Origin: an uncultured virus (IMG/VR IMGVR_UViG_3300049982_000266)
Lineage: Duplodnaviria; Heunggongvirae; Uroviricota; Caudoviricetes
Length of the DNA stretch: 64,000 bases
Reading direction: 5' to 3' (one strand)
IMG/VR virus record: IMGVR_UViG_3300049982_000266
Below, piece by piece: positions 10,171 through 18,659 of the stretch; the first letter of the stretch is position 1; the number at the start of each line of letters is the position of its first letter. A program made the translations under genes and the position numbers. Under the pieces are notes generated by a model. That model saw only the letters and a program-made list of their open reading frames with translations, was not told where the DNA came from and ran no database searches.

Positions 10171-10701
10171 TTACGTCCGCCGCGCCACGTCGGAGATCCG
10201 ACGGGCGACGTCGGCGACGGCCGAGCCCGCCCATCGGCCACCGCCGTCCGGCTGCTCCGGGTACTCGCTTTCGACGACCCGGTGGTAGTCGCAGGTGACG
10301 GTCGCCCGGACGCGCGTCCCGGCCAGCACCGCCGGGTGGTCGTGGATCTGGCGGGCGACGGCGTCGGGCACGCTCACGCTCTCGCAGCGGCAGTTGATCG
10401 CGTTGGCGATCGACAGGTCGGGGTCGCGAGGGCGGCGTGCGAGTTCGACCTCACCGGTCGGCTGGCCGCCACGCCCCGGCACCTCCAGCACGTAGCGCAG
10501 GTTCGCCGGGATCTCCTGCGAGTCAGCGTGCACGTGCGTCTGCCGGACGCGCTCGTCGCGGGCGGTCATCCAGACCTTGCCGTCCGGCGCCCGGTCGCGC
10601 ATCTCGTCGCGCAGTGCGCGCTTCACACGCTCGACGGCAGGCAGCAGCACGCCGCGAGCCACGTTCTCGTCGAGTCCCCGCGCAGGGACGAAGCGGGTCA
10701 C
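10171..10701 (-). CDS. Neck/tail-completion protein carrying a MuF-type C-terminal-like domain
   Basis: Occupies the HK97 gp10-like position and contains 'KVWMTARDERVRQTH...RRPRDPDL...INCRC'. Confidence 0.6.
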   Translation of the reverse strand: MTRFVPARGLDENVARGVLLPAVERVKRALRDEMRDRAPDGKVWMTARDERVRQTHVHADSQEIPANLRYVLEVPGRGGQPTGEVELARRPRDPDLSIANAINCRCESVSVPDAVARQIHDHPAVLAGTRVRATVTCDYHRVVESEYPEQPDGGGRWAGSAVADVARRISDVARRT

Positions 10702-10704
10702 GAC

Positions 10705-11073
10705 TCACCTCCGGGCAGGGGTGTCCGGCATCTCCGTGCCCGTGCTGACGCGCTCGAAGCCCTCGACGCGCACGTAGTCCACGGTCGGGTCGACGCTGTG
10801 CTTCAGCAGGTTCGCGGCGGCCACCGTCCAGGAACGCTCCCGGCCGCCGATCTCGACGACGAGGTCGGCCTCGGCGACCGGCCAGCAGTCGGGGTCAAGG
10901 CGCAGCCGGACGACGCTGTGGCCGCCCTCCACGTCCTCCGGGGCATAGCCGGGCGCGTGACCCTCGGGATCCCCCCACGACGCCGTAGAGCGGTAGCCGT
11001 GCTCGTCCTCGACGCCGTCGACCCGGCGTCGGACGGCGAGCATCGTGTTCGGCAGCAGGACGCTCACAGCCAC
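10705..11073 (-). CDS. Head-to-tail stopper (putative)
   Basis: 122 aa, 'VRRR...DEHGY...W' pattern, downstream of the adaptor. Confidence 0.6.
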   Translation of the reverse strand: MAVSVLLPNTMLAVRRRVDGVEDEHGYRSTASWGDPEGHAPGYAPEDVEGGHSVVRLRLDPDCWPVAEADLVVEIGGRERSWTVAAANLLKHSVDPTVDYVRVEGFERVSTGTEMPDTPARR

Positions 11074-12005
11074 GGCCCGTCGTCGACCAGCAGTCCGGCA
11101 CGGGCCTGGCGGCTGACGTCGTTGGTCGCGCGCTGGAAGACGTTGATCTGGCGGAACGCACTCAGGCTCTCGATCACCGGCAACGTGCCGACGGCGCCCG
11201 AGCCGCCGCCCTGCGTGTTGGCCGAGCCGACCTCGTCGGAGTAGGTGATGCCCTGGCCCTCGACGTTGACCGAGCGGATGCCGCGCTTCACGCCGATCGT
11301 CGAGGCGACGGGGTGCTGGCGGGCCAGCGCAGCGGCGTGCGCGAGCACGTACCGACGGATCGGGCGGAAGGCCGGGTCACGGGCCGCGTCGATCCCGGTG
11401 AGGTAGGTGACGGTGAAGAGCCCCGTCGCCAGGGCGACGCCGTTCGCGTCGGCCGGACCGAACTCCGGCTGCGCCGAGACGATCTTCAACGGCGTCTCGG
11501 ACAGCAGCCACCCGGAGGGGTGCGCGTACAGCCCGGACTCCACACGCTGCGTCGGCACGATCGGCCGCCCGAGGTACGCCTCGACGTCGGACTGCGCGTC
11601 AAGGATCGCCTCGGCCACGACCTCGCGGACGAGGGGGGTCAGCGGCAACGGGAAGCCCGCCCGTCGGGCGACGACGTCGACCGCGAGCACGAGCCCCGGC
11701 GGGATCTCCTCCGGGGCCGTCGGGATCGGGAACTGCACGACGTCGTTCGTGTCGCGGAAGACCGGCGACTCGGCCGTCTCGCGCCAGTCGATCGCGGCGT
11801 AGTAGAGCCCGTCCGGCGGGGCGTCGAAGGTGAAGCGGTAACGGCCGGGCTCGACGACGGCCGCTGGTCCGACGTTGACGACGGGCGGCGTGGCTCGGGC
11901 GGCGTCAGTGAACAGCAGCAGGCGCTCGACGGCGCCGCCAGCCGGAGCAGGGTCGTACGGCTCGCCGTCGAGCGACGGCGCGTAGTCGAGCGTCACCTGT
12001 GCCAT
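11064..12005 (-). CDS. Head-to-tail adaptor with N-terminal Ig-like extension
   Basis: ATG 12005 after GGGGAG. Contains 'AILDAQSDVEAYLGRPI...VTY..G...IRRYVL..AA...SVNVEGQGITY', an adaptor-like pattern. Confidence 0.7.
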   Translation of the reverse strand: MAQVTLDYAPSLDGEPYDPAPAGGAVERLLLFTDAARATPPVVNVGPAAVVEPGRYRFTFDAPPDGLYYAAIDWRETAESPVFRDTNDVVQFPIPTAPEEIPPGLVLAVDVVARRAGFPLPLTPLVREVVAEAILDAQSDVEAYLGRPIVPTQRVESGLYAHPSGWLLSETPLKIVSAQPEFGPADANGVALATGLFTVTYLTGIDAARDPAFRPIRRYVLAHAAALARQHPVASTIGVKRGIRSVNVEGQGITYSDEVGSANTQGGGSGAVGTLPVIESLSAFRQINVFQRATNDVSRQARAGLLVDDGPWL

Positions 12006-12019
12006 GAGTCCAGTCTCCC

Positions 12020-12298
12020 CTACGCCTTCGCGTACGACGGGATGGTGCAGTCGCCAGCGCTGATCGTCATGCCCAGCCCGAGGTCGCGGTTGAGCCGGGG
12101 GACCTGCGCGCGAGCGGCGTCGCGGATGCGCGTCGCGAACTGCTGCACACTCTCTGAGGGGTCGATCACCATGCGCTGCTCGAAGACGTCCATGCCGCCG
12201 GGCAGCAGCGCGTCGATCGTGAGGAACTGGAAGAGGATGCCGGGCCGCCCGTCCTCGGTCGGCTCGGCGCGCAGGTCGATCGCGATGACGCGGGCCAT
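12020..12298 (-). CDS. Hypothetical protein (possible fibre chaperone)
   Basis: 92 aa, GAGGAG RBS, directly after the collagen tip gene. Confidence 0.55.
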   Translation of the reverse strand: MARVIAIDLRAEPTEDGRPGILFQFLTIDALLPGGMDVFEQRMVIDPSESVQQFATRIRDAARAQVPRLNRDLGLGMTISAGDCTIPSYAKA

Positions 12299-12307
12299 GA
12301 TGCTCCT

Positions 12308-13954
12308 CTAGGCGATGCGCGTGAAGCGCATGTAGGTGCCCTGGTTGATGGTGACGGTGCCGCTGCTGGCGGCGGCGCGGAAGGACGAGACTCCCTGCGA
12401 AGGGGTGACGAACGAGCCGGTGACCTGGAAGGGCAGCGCCGTGCCGCCGCCCGACGCGGTCGCGGCACCGACGGCGGTGCCGTTGGCGATGCCGACGGCC
12501 GAGGACGTCGCCGCCGCCGAGGTGGCCGCCATGAGCGCGATGATGAACTGCGACGGCGTGCCCGGCACGAGGAGGGCGACGCGCAGCGCCGCCGTCGTGG
12601 CGGATCCCTGGTAGAAGCCGTTGATCTCGAAGGCGTAGGTGCCAGCCGCCATCGTGTCCGAGGAGATGACGGTCGTGAGCGCAGTGCCGATGGACAAACC
12701 CGTGCCGCTGTAGCGGTAGGCGCGAGTCGCGTCGATCGGGACGGGGGCGTCCAGGTAGCCCTTCGTGAACATGCGCGCGCCGTAGGTCATGATCTCGGCT
12801 TCGCCGCTGGCGATAGCCGCGCCCGCAGGGGTCGTCGGGCTGTTGGAGATCTTCAGGCGGCCCTGCGGCACCGTGTAGTTGACGTTCGAGGCGGCCAGTG
12901 TGCCGACCCACGTGATCGCCTGCCCGGCGAGGCCGGACACGCTGCTCTGATACTGCGCCTGGTACGAGTCGCCCAACTGGATCATCTGAGCGGTGCCGTT
13001 GGCCCTGAAGCGCCACGCGGTGCCGTCGAAGGTGCAGTTGTGCATGACGTACGAGGCGAGCGTGTCGCCCCACACCGTCATGCGGTCGCCGATCTCGGTG
13101 CCGAAGTTGCCCTTGATCCGCAACTCCGTGGAGTTGCCGCCGTCGCTCCGGAAGAGCGCGATGTCCGACGTCGTGTTGCCGGAGTTCAGGTCAGCCACGA
13201 GCGGGACCATCGCGGCGAGCGGCTGAAGCCACACCGCCTGCGTGATGCCCGCCGTCGGCGCACCGTTCGCGCCGGGGCTGACGTGCAGGCCGCCGGTGAA
13301 GCCGACGTTGCCCGTCCGGTCGACCCGGAAGCGGACCTCGTTCGCCTCGTTGATGTAGAGGATCGCCTGACCCTCGGAGTACCGGATAGCGCCGGTGCCC
13401 CACGTCGAGTTCGGCGCGCGGATGAGCAAGGCGATCTGGTCGGCCTGTGCCGTCGAGGGCTCGACCGTCAGGACGCCGTGGAAGACCGGCTGCGTGCCGC
13501 CACCGCCGCCCGCCGTGGTGCCCGTACCGGCCGGGTACTCCGGCCCGTGCGTCGTGGTCGCTCCGGCATCGAGTGCGAGCGGGACGGTGCCGCCGCCCGA
13601 GGCGCCCTGAGCACCCTGCGCACCCTGAGCACCAGGCACACCCTGCGTGCCCTGCGGGCCGGGCACGGTGCTCGCGGCGCCGGTCGCACCCTGCGGCCCC
13701 TGAGGGCCAGCGACGGTGCTGGCCGCGCCCGTGGCGCCCTGCGGCCCGCTAGCGCCCTGCGGCCCCTGCGGGCCGGTGACGGACGCACCCGGTGCGCCCT
13801 GCGCTCCAGCGGCTCCCTGAGCCCCAGCAGCGCCCTGCGCACCGGTCGCGCCGATGACACCCTGCGGCCCCGCTGAGCCCTGAGCGCCTGCTGCACCCTG
13901 CGCTCCGGCCGCGCCCTGCGGGCCTCTGATGTTGCCGGAGAGTCCCCACGGCAT
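12308..13954 (-). CDS. Collagen-like fibre protein with large beta-rich C-terminal (tip) region
   Basis: N-terminus [14 protein letters not shown] followed by about 110 aa of Gly-X-Y repeats, then a beta-rich domain. Confidence 0.8.
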   Translation of the reverse strand: MPWGLSGNIRGPQGAAGAQGAAGAQGSAGPQGVIGATGAQGAAGAQGAAGAQGAPGASVTGPQGPQGASGPQGATGAASTVAGPQGPQGATGAASTVPGPQGTQGVPGAQGAQGAQGASGGGTVPLALDAGATTTHGPEYPAGTGTTAGGGGGTQPVFHGVLTVEPSTAQADQIALLIRAPNSTWGTGAIRYSEGQAILYINEANEVRFRVDRTGNVGFTGGLHVSPGANGAPTAGITQAVWLQPLAAMVPLVADLNSGNTTSDIALFRSDGGNSTELRIKGNFGTEIGDRMTVWGDTLASYVMHNCTFDGTAWRFRANGTAQMIQLGDSYQAQYQSSVSGLAGQAITWVGTLAASNVNYTVPQGRLKISNSPTTPAGAAIASGEAEIMTYGARMFTKGYLDAPVPIDATRAYRYSGTGLSIGTALTTVISSDTMAAGTYAFEINGFYQGSATTAALRVALLVPGTPSQFIIALMAATSAAATSSAVGIANGTAVGAATASGGGTALPFQVTGSFVTPSQGVSSFRAAASSGTVTINQGTYMRFTRIA

Positions 13955-13957
13955 CGG

Positions 13958-14725
13958 CTACGTCAGCGTGTAGACGTCGCCGGAGGACTGGTCGAGGTAC
14001 TGGTCTCCAGCGGTCGCGCCGGTCGTGTTGCCCACCGTCGGCGCGCCGGTCCCGACAAACCAGCGGGTGCCTCGCACGCCCTGGAAACCCTGCGCGCCCT
14101 GTGCTCCCGTGGCGCCCTGCGCACCCGTAGCACCCTGTGCACCGACTGCGCCCTGAGCACCCGTGGCACCGGTCGAGCCGGTCGCGCCCTGAGCACCCTG
14201 CGCTCCGACCGCTCCCTGTGCTCCGGTCGCACCCTGAGCGCCGGTCGAGCCGGTGGCTCCCTGTGCGCCGGTCGCGCCGACGTCACCCTGAGCGCCCGTG
14301 GCACCCTGAGTGCCGACAGCGCCCTGCGTGCCGGTGGCGCCCTGAGCACCGATCGCACCCTGGAAGCCCTGCGCTCCCTGAGCACCGACGGCACCCTGAG
14401 CACCGGTGACACCCTGCGTTCCCTGCGCACCCTCGACGGCGAGCAGCGACCACCCGGCGTTGACGGCGGTGTCGCTGCCGGGGTTACCGGCGGTGCCGGT
14501 CGGCGGCGTACCGACGGCGGGCTCGGGCGACGCGAGCGCGTAGTAGGACGAGCCGCCCCACGAGACCATGTCCCGAGCGGCGTAGGTGGTGCCAGCGGCC
14601 CACGCGCCTCGCGGGTTGAGACCGGAGACACCGGTGACACCCTGTGCGCCCTGGAAGCCCTGAGCACCGACCGCACCCTGGAAGCCCTGCGGGCCACGAA
14701 TGTTGCCAGATACGGTCCACGGCAT
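13958..14725 (-). CDS. Collagen-like fibre protein with CBM5/12-like module
   Basis: ATG 14725. [14 protein letters not shown], Gly-X-Y repeats, '[24 protein letters not shown]', and C-terminal 'RWFVGTGAP...[13 protein letters not shown]'. Confidence 0.8.
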   Translation of the reverse strand: MPWTVSGNIRGPQGFQGAVGAQGFQGAQGVTGVSGLNPRGAWAAGTTYAARDMVSWGGSSYYALASPEPAVGTPPTGTAGNPGSDTAVNAGWSLLAVEGAQGTQGVTGAQGAVGAQGAQGFQGAIGAQGATGTQGAVGTQGATGAQGDVGATGAQGATGSTGAQGATGAQGAVGAQGAQGATGSTGATGAQGAVGAQGATGAQGATGAQGAQGFQGVRGTRWFVGTGAPTVGNTTGATAGDQYLDQSSGDVYTLT

Positions 14726-14820
14726 CGCCGTCCCACCCGCTTCCTCTGAAGACTGCCGGAACCGTCGCCCACCGGCGGGTCTAACGTCCACCCGACCCGT
14801 GATCCGGTAGAACGGATCTC

Positions 14821-16110
14821 GTGCCCTCGATCTCGGTCTTCACCGCGTCCCACAAGCCCACCTACCTCGACGACGCGTACGCGTCCCTGGCGGACCAGTC
14901 GCTCTCGGACTGGGAGTGGATCCTCGTGCTCAACGGTGGCTGCCGCTGGCGCCCGCCGGAGCCCGACGACCGGGTGCGGATCTTCGAGCGCGACGACCTG
15001 CCCGCCCGTGTCGGCGCCGTGAAGCGCGCGGCCGTCGCGAAGTGCCGGGGCGACGTGCTCGTCGAACTCGACCACGACGACGTCCTCGTGCACACCGCAC
15101 TGCGCGCTGTGCTCGACGCCTTCGACACCCACCCCGACGCCGCGCTCGTCTACTCCGACTGCGCGCAGATCGGCCCCGACGGCAAGCGCGACGACACCCG
15201 CTTCGACGAGCGTCACGGCTGGCGCTACGACGACGTCACGGTCGAGGCTGCGCCCTTCGGCACCCTGGACGTACTGCGCTGCCAGGCGCTCCAGGCGACG
15301 CCCCACAACGTCGGGCTGATTTGGTACGCCCCGAACCACGTGCGCGCCTTCGCGCGGGCGGCCTACGACGTCGCGGGCGGCTACGACGACAGCCGCTACG
15401 TGCTCGATGATCAAGACCTCATGGCGCGGCTCTACCGGGTCGGCTCGTTCGTCCACATCCCCGAGGTGCTGTACCTCCAGCGCTGGCACCCCGGCAACAC
15501 GCAGGTCGAGTCCGGGACCAACGCACAGATCCAGGTCGACACCGTCAACGGCTACGAGAGCACCATCTCCGACCTCGGGCTCGCGTGGTGCAAGCGCACC
15601 GGTCTGCTGCCGCTCGACCTCGGCGCGGCCCACAACGAGCAGCCCGGCTACCTCGGCGTCGACATGCACGAGGGTCCGGGTGTCCACCTCGTCGGCGACG
15701 TCTTCGACGTGCTGGCCGAGTGGCCGGACAACAGCGTCGGCATCGTGCGGGCCTTCGACTTCCTGGAGCACGTCGAGACGCGCGACAAGGTCCGGCTGCT
15801 CAACGAGATCCACCGGGTCCTCGCACATGGCGGGCTCTTCCTCACCATGACGCCGAGCACTGACGGGCGCGGCGCCTGGCAGGATCCGACGCACGTCTCG
15901 GGGTGGAACGAGAACTCGTGGTGGTACTTCACCGACGAGCAGTACGCCGCCTTCGTCCCGGAGATCACCGCGCGCTTCCAGGTCGGCTCGCTGCGCACGA
16001 TGTACCCGAGCGAGTTCCACCGAGCGCACCTCATCCCGTACGTGCTCGGCTTCCTCGTCGCCGACAAGGGTGTCGAGCCCCGACAGGGCGGGCTCCGGCT
16101 CGGCCGCTAG
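14821..16110 (+). CDS. Family-2 glycosyltransferase fused to SAM-dependent methyltransferase
   Basis: GT-A motifs 'ISVFTASH...[13 protein letters not shown]...ELDHDD...DDQDL'. C-terminal 'LDLGAA...GYLGVD...DFLEHV...[10 protein letters not shown]...[13 protein letters not shown]'. The only clearly coding plus-strand gene. Confidence 0.9.
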   Translation: MPSISVFTASHKPTYLDDAYASLADQSLSDWEWILVLNGGCRWRPPEPDDRVRIFERDDLPARVGAVKRAAVAKCRGDVLVELDHDDVLVHTALRAVLDAFDTHPDAALVYSDCAQIGPDGKRDDTRFDERHGWRYDDVTVEAAPFGTLDVLRCQALQATPHNVGLIWYAPNHVRAFARAAYDVAGGYDDSRYVLDDQDLMARLYRVGSFVHIPEVLYLQRWHPGNTQVESGTNAQIQVDTVNGYESTISDLGLAWCKRTGLLPLDLGAAHNEQPGYLGVDMHEGPGVHLVGDVFDVLAEWPDNSVGIVRAFDFLEHVETRDKVRLLNEIHRVLAHGGLFLTMTPSTDGRGAWQDPTHVSGWNENSWWYFTDEQYAAFVPEITARFQVGSLRTMYPSEFHRAHLIPYVLGFLVADKGVEPRQGGLRLGR

Positions 16111-16550
16111 GACAGCGTGTAGAGGTCCCCGGTGTCGAGGTCCAGGTACTCGTCACCGGGGCGCGAGCCGATGATGGTGGTCGGGGCGCCGTGACCCTGG
16201 AAGCGTCGGGTGCCCGTGCCCTCGGCACCGGCCGGTCCCTGCGGGCCGGGCTGGCGGGCGATGTGGTCGGCCTCCTCCGGCGCGATGACGGCGGCCGTCG
16301 CGACGTCGGGCACGTCCGTGCCGGTGGTGGCCCGGAGCATGTAGTGGCCGGGCTCGGCGAAGTAGCCGGTGAGGTTGCCGTCCTCGTCGGTGCGGTACGG
16401 CGTCGGAGCGAGCGTGCGGTTGATGTCGAGGTAGAGCGCGGCCTCGGCGCCGTCGCTGCGCCGGACGATGCGCACGACGTGGTTCGGCATGACGCGGCCG
16501 AGGGTGTTGACCACGGTGACCGGCATGAGCGGCCCGGCGAAGACGGTCAC
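16107..16550 (-). CDS. Putative fibre anchor protein
   Basis: N-terminal beta-sandwich-like 'TDEDGNL...AEPGHY', a short GPQGPAG, and C-terminal 'RRFQGHGAP...GDEYLDLDTGDLY'. Confidence 0.65.
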   Translation of the reverse strand: MTVFAGPLMPVTVVNTLGRVMPNHVVRIVRRSDGAEAALYLDINRTLAPTPYRTDEDGNLTGYFAEPGHYMLRATTGTDVPDVATAAVIAPEEADHIARQPGPQGPAGAEGTGTRRFQGHGAPTTIIGSRPGDEYLDLDTGDLYTLS

Positions 16551-16759
16551 GAGAGCCCCCCGTCGGGGTGGGCAGCCGGAGGCGCCAGGAAGCCGCCCTG
16601 GCCGCCGCCAGGGGGCACGAAGAGGTGTCCGCCGCCGGGGACCGGCGTGCTGCCGAGCCCGCCGCCGAGATCGTCGTCCGGGAGGATGAGGTTGCCGCCC
16701 GGCACAGCCCCGTCGGTCACCCGACCGCCAGGCTTCGAGCGCACGAGCATGACCCTCAT
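16547..16759 (-). CDS. Small Gly-rich hypothetical protein
   Basis: 70 aa. Its stop overlaps the next start, and the ATG is 7 nt after a class-B -10 hexamer. Confidence 0.5.
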   Translation of the reverse strand: MRVMLVRSKPGGRVTDGAVPGGNLILPDDDLGGGLGSTPVPGGGHLFVPPGGGQGGFLAPPAAHPDGGLS

Positions 16760-16856
16760 GGCCCGCAGGCTAGCCGCCGGGGTGACCTTGCGTCCGGCGA
16801 CACGGCGACGGGCGGCCCCCCGGAGGAGACCGCCCGTCGGCGTGGTGCAGCGGCGA

Positions 16857-17360
16857 CTAGGAGTCGCCCTCGCCGCGCTCCTCGACGTTGCGGCCCTCGG
16901 ACGCGCCGCCGAAGCGACCCGTCTCGGAGGCGGCCTCGGCGCGCTGCTTCTCCTGCTCGACGCCCGCCTTCAGCCCCTCGGCCGTCTCGCGGGTGATGGT
17001 GGCACCGGCGGGGGCCAGGAGCCGCGTCTGGACGCGGACGCTGCCCGGCAGGGTGAAGGTCTCGTAGAGGCGCTTCGTGACCTGCACGGTGGTGATGGTG
17101 CCGTCGCCGTAGTCGAGCGCCGACTCCAGGTCGACCTCGTTGCCGTCCTCGTCGACGATCTTGCCGTGCTGCTCGCCGGTCATGCTGCGGAGCCCGGCGC
17201 CGGTGGCGACGTAGTTCGGCTCCTCGATCGACTGGCGGCTGACGGCGGTCGGCGGGGCGACCGGGGCCGCCTCGCTCTCGCTCTTGTCGCTCGTGTTCGC
17301 GTCGGCGGCGCGCTTCTGCGCGGCCTTCTGCGAGGGCTTGTCGGGGGTCTCGTCGGCCAT
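16857..17360 (-). CDS. Hypothetical acidic virion-region protein
   Basis: ATG 17360 after GAGGAG; coding-like composition. Confidence 0.65.
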   Translation of the reverse strand: MADETPDKPSQKAAQKRAADANTSDKSESEAAPVAPPTAVSRQSIEEPNYVATGAGLRSMTGEQHGKIVDEDGNEVDLESALDYGDGTITTVQVTKRLYETFTLPGSVRVQTRLLAPAGATITRETAEGLKAGVEQEKQRAEAASETGRFGGASEGRNVEERGEGDS

Positions 17361-17431
17361 GACGCTCCTCGTGCTCGGGGTCGGTCCTGTGGACGCTACG
17401 GGTCGGTGACCCACTGTGTCGCGCCGACCCC

Positions 17432-17707
17432 TCAGGCGCTCCTCCGACGCCTGACGGGCTGCGTGCGGCCCGCGAAGCGGCGCTCGGCAGCGATGCACCG
17501 GAAGCACGGGCAGACGGCGCGCAGCGCGGCCTTGATGCCGTTGCAGCCCTCGCAGGCTGGCGCCAGATTCCACGCCTTCGTCGGGCCGCCCACGGCGCGC
17601 GGGACGATGTGGTCGACGGTCGTCGCCCGCTCGTCATGGCAGTAGTGGCAGAGCCCGCCGTCGAGCACGAGGACGAGCCCCCTGCGGCTGCCCGTCTTCA
17701 CGCCCAT
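17432..17707 (-). CDS. HNH endonuclease
   Basis: 'CHYC...ATTVDHIVPRAVGG...NLAPACEGCNGIK'. ATG 17707 is 7 nt after TACGGT. Confidence 0.85.
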   Translation of the reverse strand: MGVKTGSRRGLVLVLDGGLCHYCHDERATTVDHIVPRAVGGPTKAWNLAPACEGCNGIKAALRAVCPCFRCIAAERRFAGRTQPVRRRRSA

Positions 17708-17727
17708 CCGACCGACCGTACCGGCGC

Positions 17728-17988
17728 TTAGCCCTCTGCGTCGCGGCGGCGCTTCGCGGCGAGCGCCTGCTGAGCCCCGACCTCCGAGCGGCGGATGGCG
17801 ACGACGTCGTTGTACGCCGACTCGATCGTGTCCTCCGGAGCGCCGAGCGCGGCGGCCAGGTCGGCGGCCGGGCTCTCCGACGAGCCGACGAGCACGAGCA
17901 GCGCCTTCATGTCCCGGCCGCCGGTGCCTTCGGCCGACAGGCGCCAGCCGAGCATCCCGACGATCTGCGCGGCCTCGTGCGGCGTCAC
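17728..17988 (-). CDS. Hypothetical protein, possible HTH
   Basis: GTGA-coupled start; 'SPAADLAAALGAPEDTIESAY'. Confidence 0.5.
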   Translation of the reverse strand: MTPHEAAQIVGMLGWRLSAEGTGGRDMKALLVLVGSSESPAADLAAALGAPEDTIESAYNDVVAIRRSEVGAQQALAAKRRRDAEG

Positions 17989-18230
17989 TCGCCGACGACC
18001 TTCTCGTGCTCGACGCAGCCAAACTCGGCCTTCGTCTCCAACCACGAGGAGACCGTGCCGTCGCCGTTGTTCGCGAAGGCGAGGGGGGTCGAGCGCTCGC
18101 CGCCGAGCAGGTCGCGGTCCTGGTCGCCGATGCGCTGGCAGGTGCCGAACGCCGGGTCGGCCGACGGGTAGAGCGCCGCCTGCGCGCCCTCAGCCCAGTG
18201 CGCGCACGTGCCGCAGCGGCCCTCGCTCAC
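17985..18230 (-). CDS. Cys-rich hypothetical protein
   Basis: 'CGTCAHW...GTC...T.AEFGCVEH'; GTGA-coupled start. Confidence 0.6.
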   Translation of the reverse strand: MSEGRCGTCAHWAEGAQAALYPSADPAFGTCQRIGDQDRDLLGGERSTPLAFANNGDGTVSSWLETKAEFGCVEHEKVVGE

Positions 18231-18397
18231 GCGCGCGCCAGGGCGTTGCGGATGCGCCGCTGCTGCTGGCGGTCCAGCGTCACGGTCTCGACGCCCTTGC
18301 GCACGAGCAGGTCCGGCAGGTACGGCTCCTCGCGCAGCACGGCGTCGCCGTAGACCTTGCGGAGCGCGCGCTCGGCCTGCTCGTGCGTGATCGCTAT
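18227..18397 (-). CDS. Small hypothetical protein, apparent ATA start
   Basis: GGAGG-N5-ATA followed by 56 codons with strong GC3 bias. Its TGA overlaps the next GTG. Confidence 0.45.
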   Translation of the reverse strand: MAITHEQAERALRKVYGDAVLREEPYLPDLLVRKGVETVTLDRQQQRRIRNALARA

Positions 18398-18608
18398 GCC
18401 TGCCTCCGTGGTGGTCTGTGGCGGGGGGTTGTTCTCTCGGGCGCGACCCGTACTTCCGGGGACCCCGCTCCCCTCGCGCCTTCCTGCCGATCGCCTGCTG
18501 CTCTGCCGGTGGACAGCGACCGATGACCCTCATGCGCCTGCGGCGGGCAGCGGGTCCGACCCGAGCACGGTACCGGTGAGCGACTGCTCGACGGCCCCCG
18601 GACACGCC

Positions 18609-18641
18609 GGAGCCCGGCCCCCGTGTGGGGAGCCGGGCTCC
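18609..18641 (-). terminator. Hairpin after major capsid gene
   Basis: GGAGCCCGGC...GCCGGGCTCC inverted repeat. Confidence 0.7.
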
Positions 18642-18659
18642 GTGTCGTGCGGGTCCGGA

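Noticed and set aside
11064..13073. Track ORF starts far upstream of true starts (e.g. 13073, 3951, 41775, 26144, 20153)
   Set aside because: The extensions are Arg-rich alternative-frame reads of neighbouring genes; starts were reassigned using RBS, coupling and promoter spacing.
13600..14690. Dense 9/18-bp repeats
   Set aside because: They encode Gly-X-Y collagen repeats and are not a non-coding repeat element.
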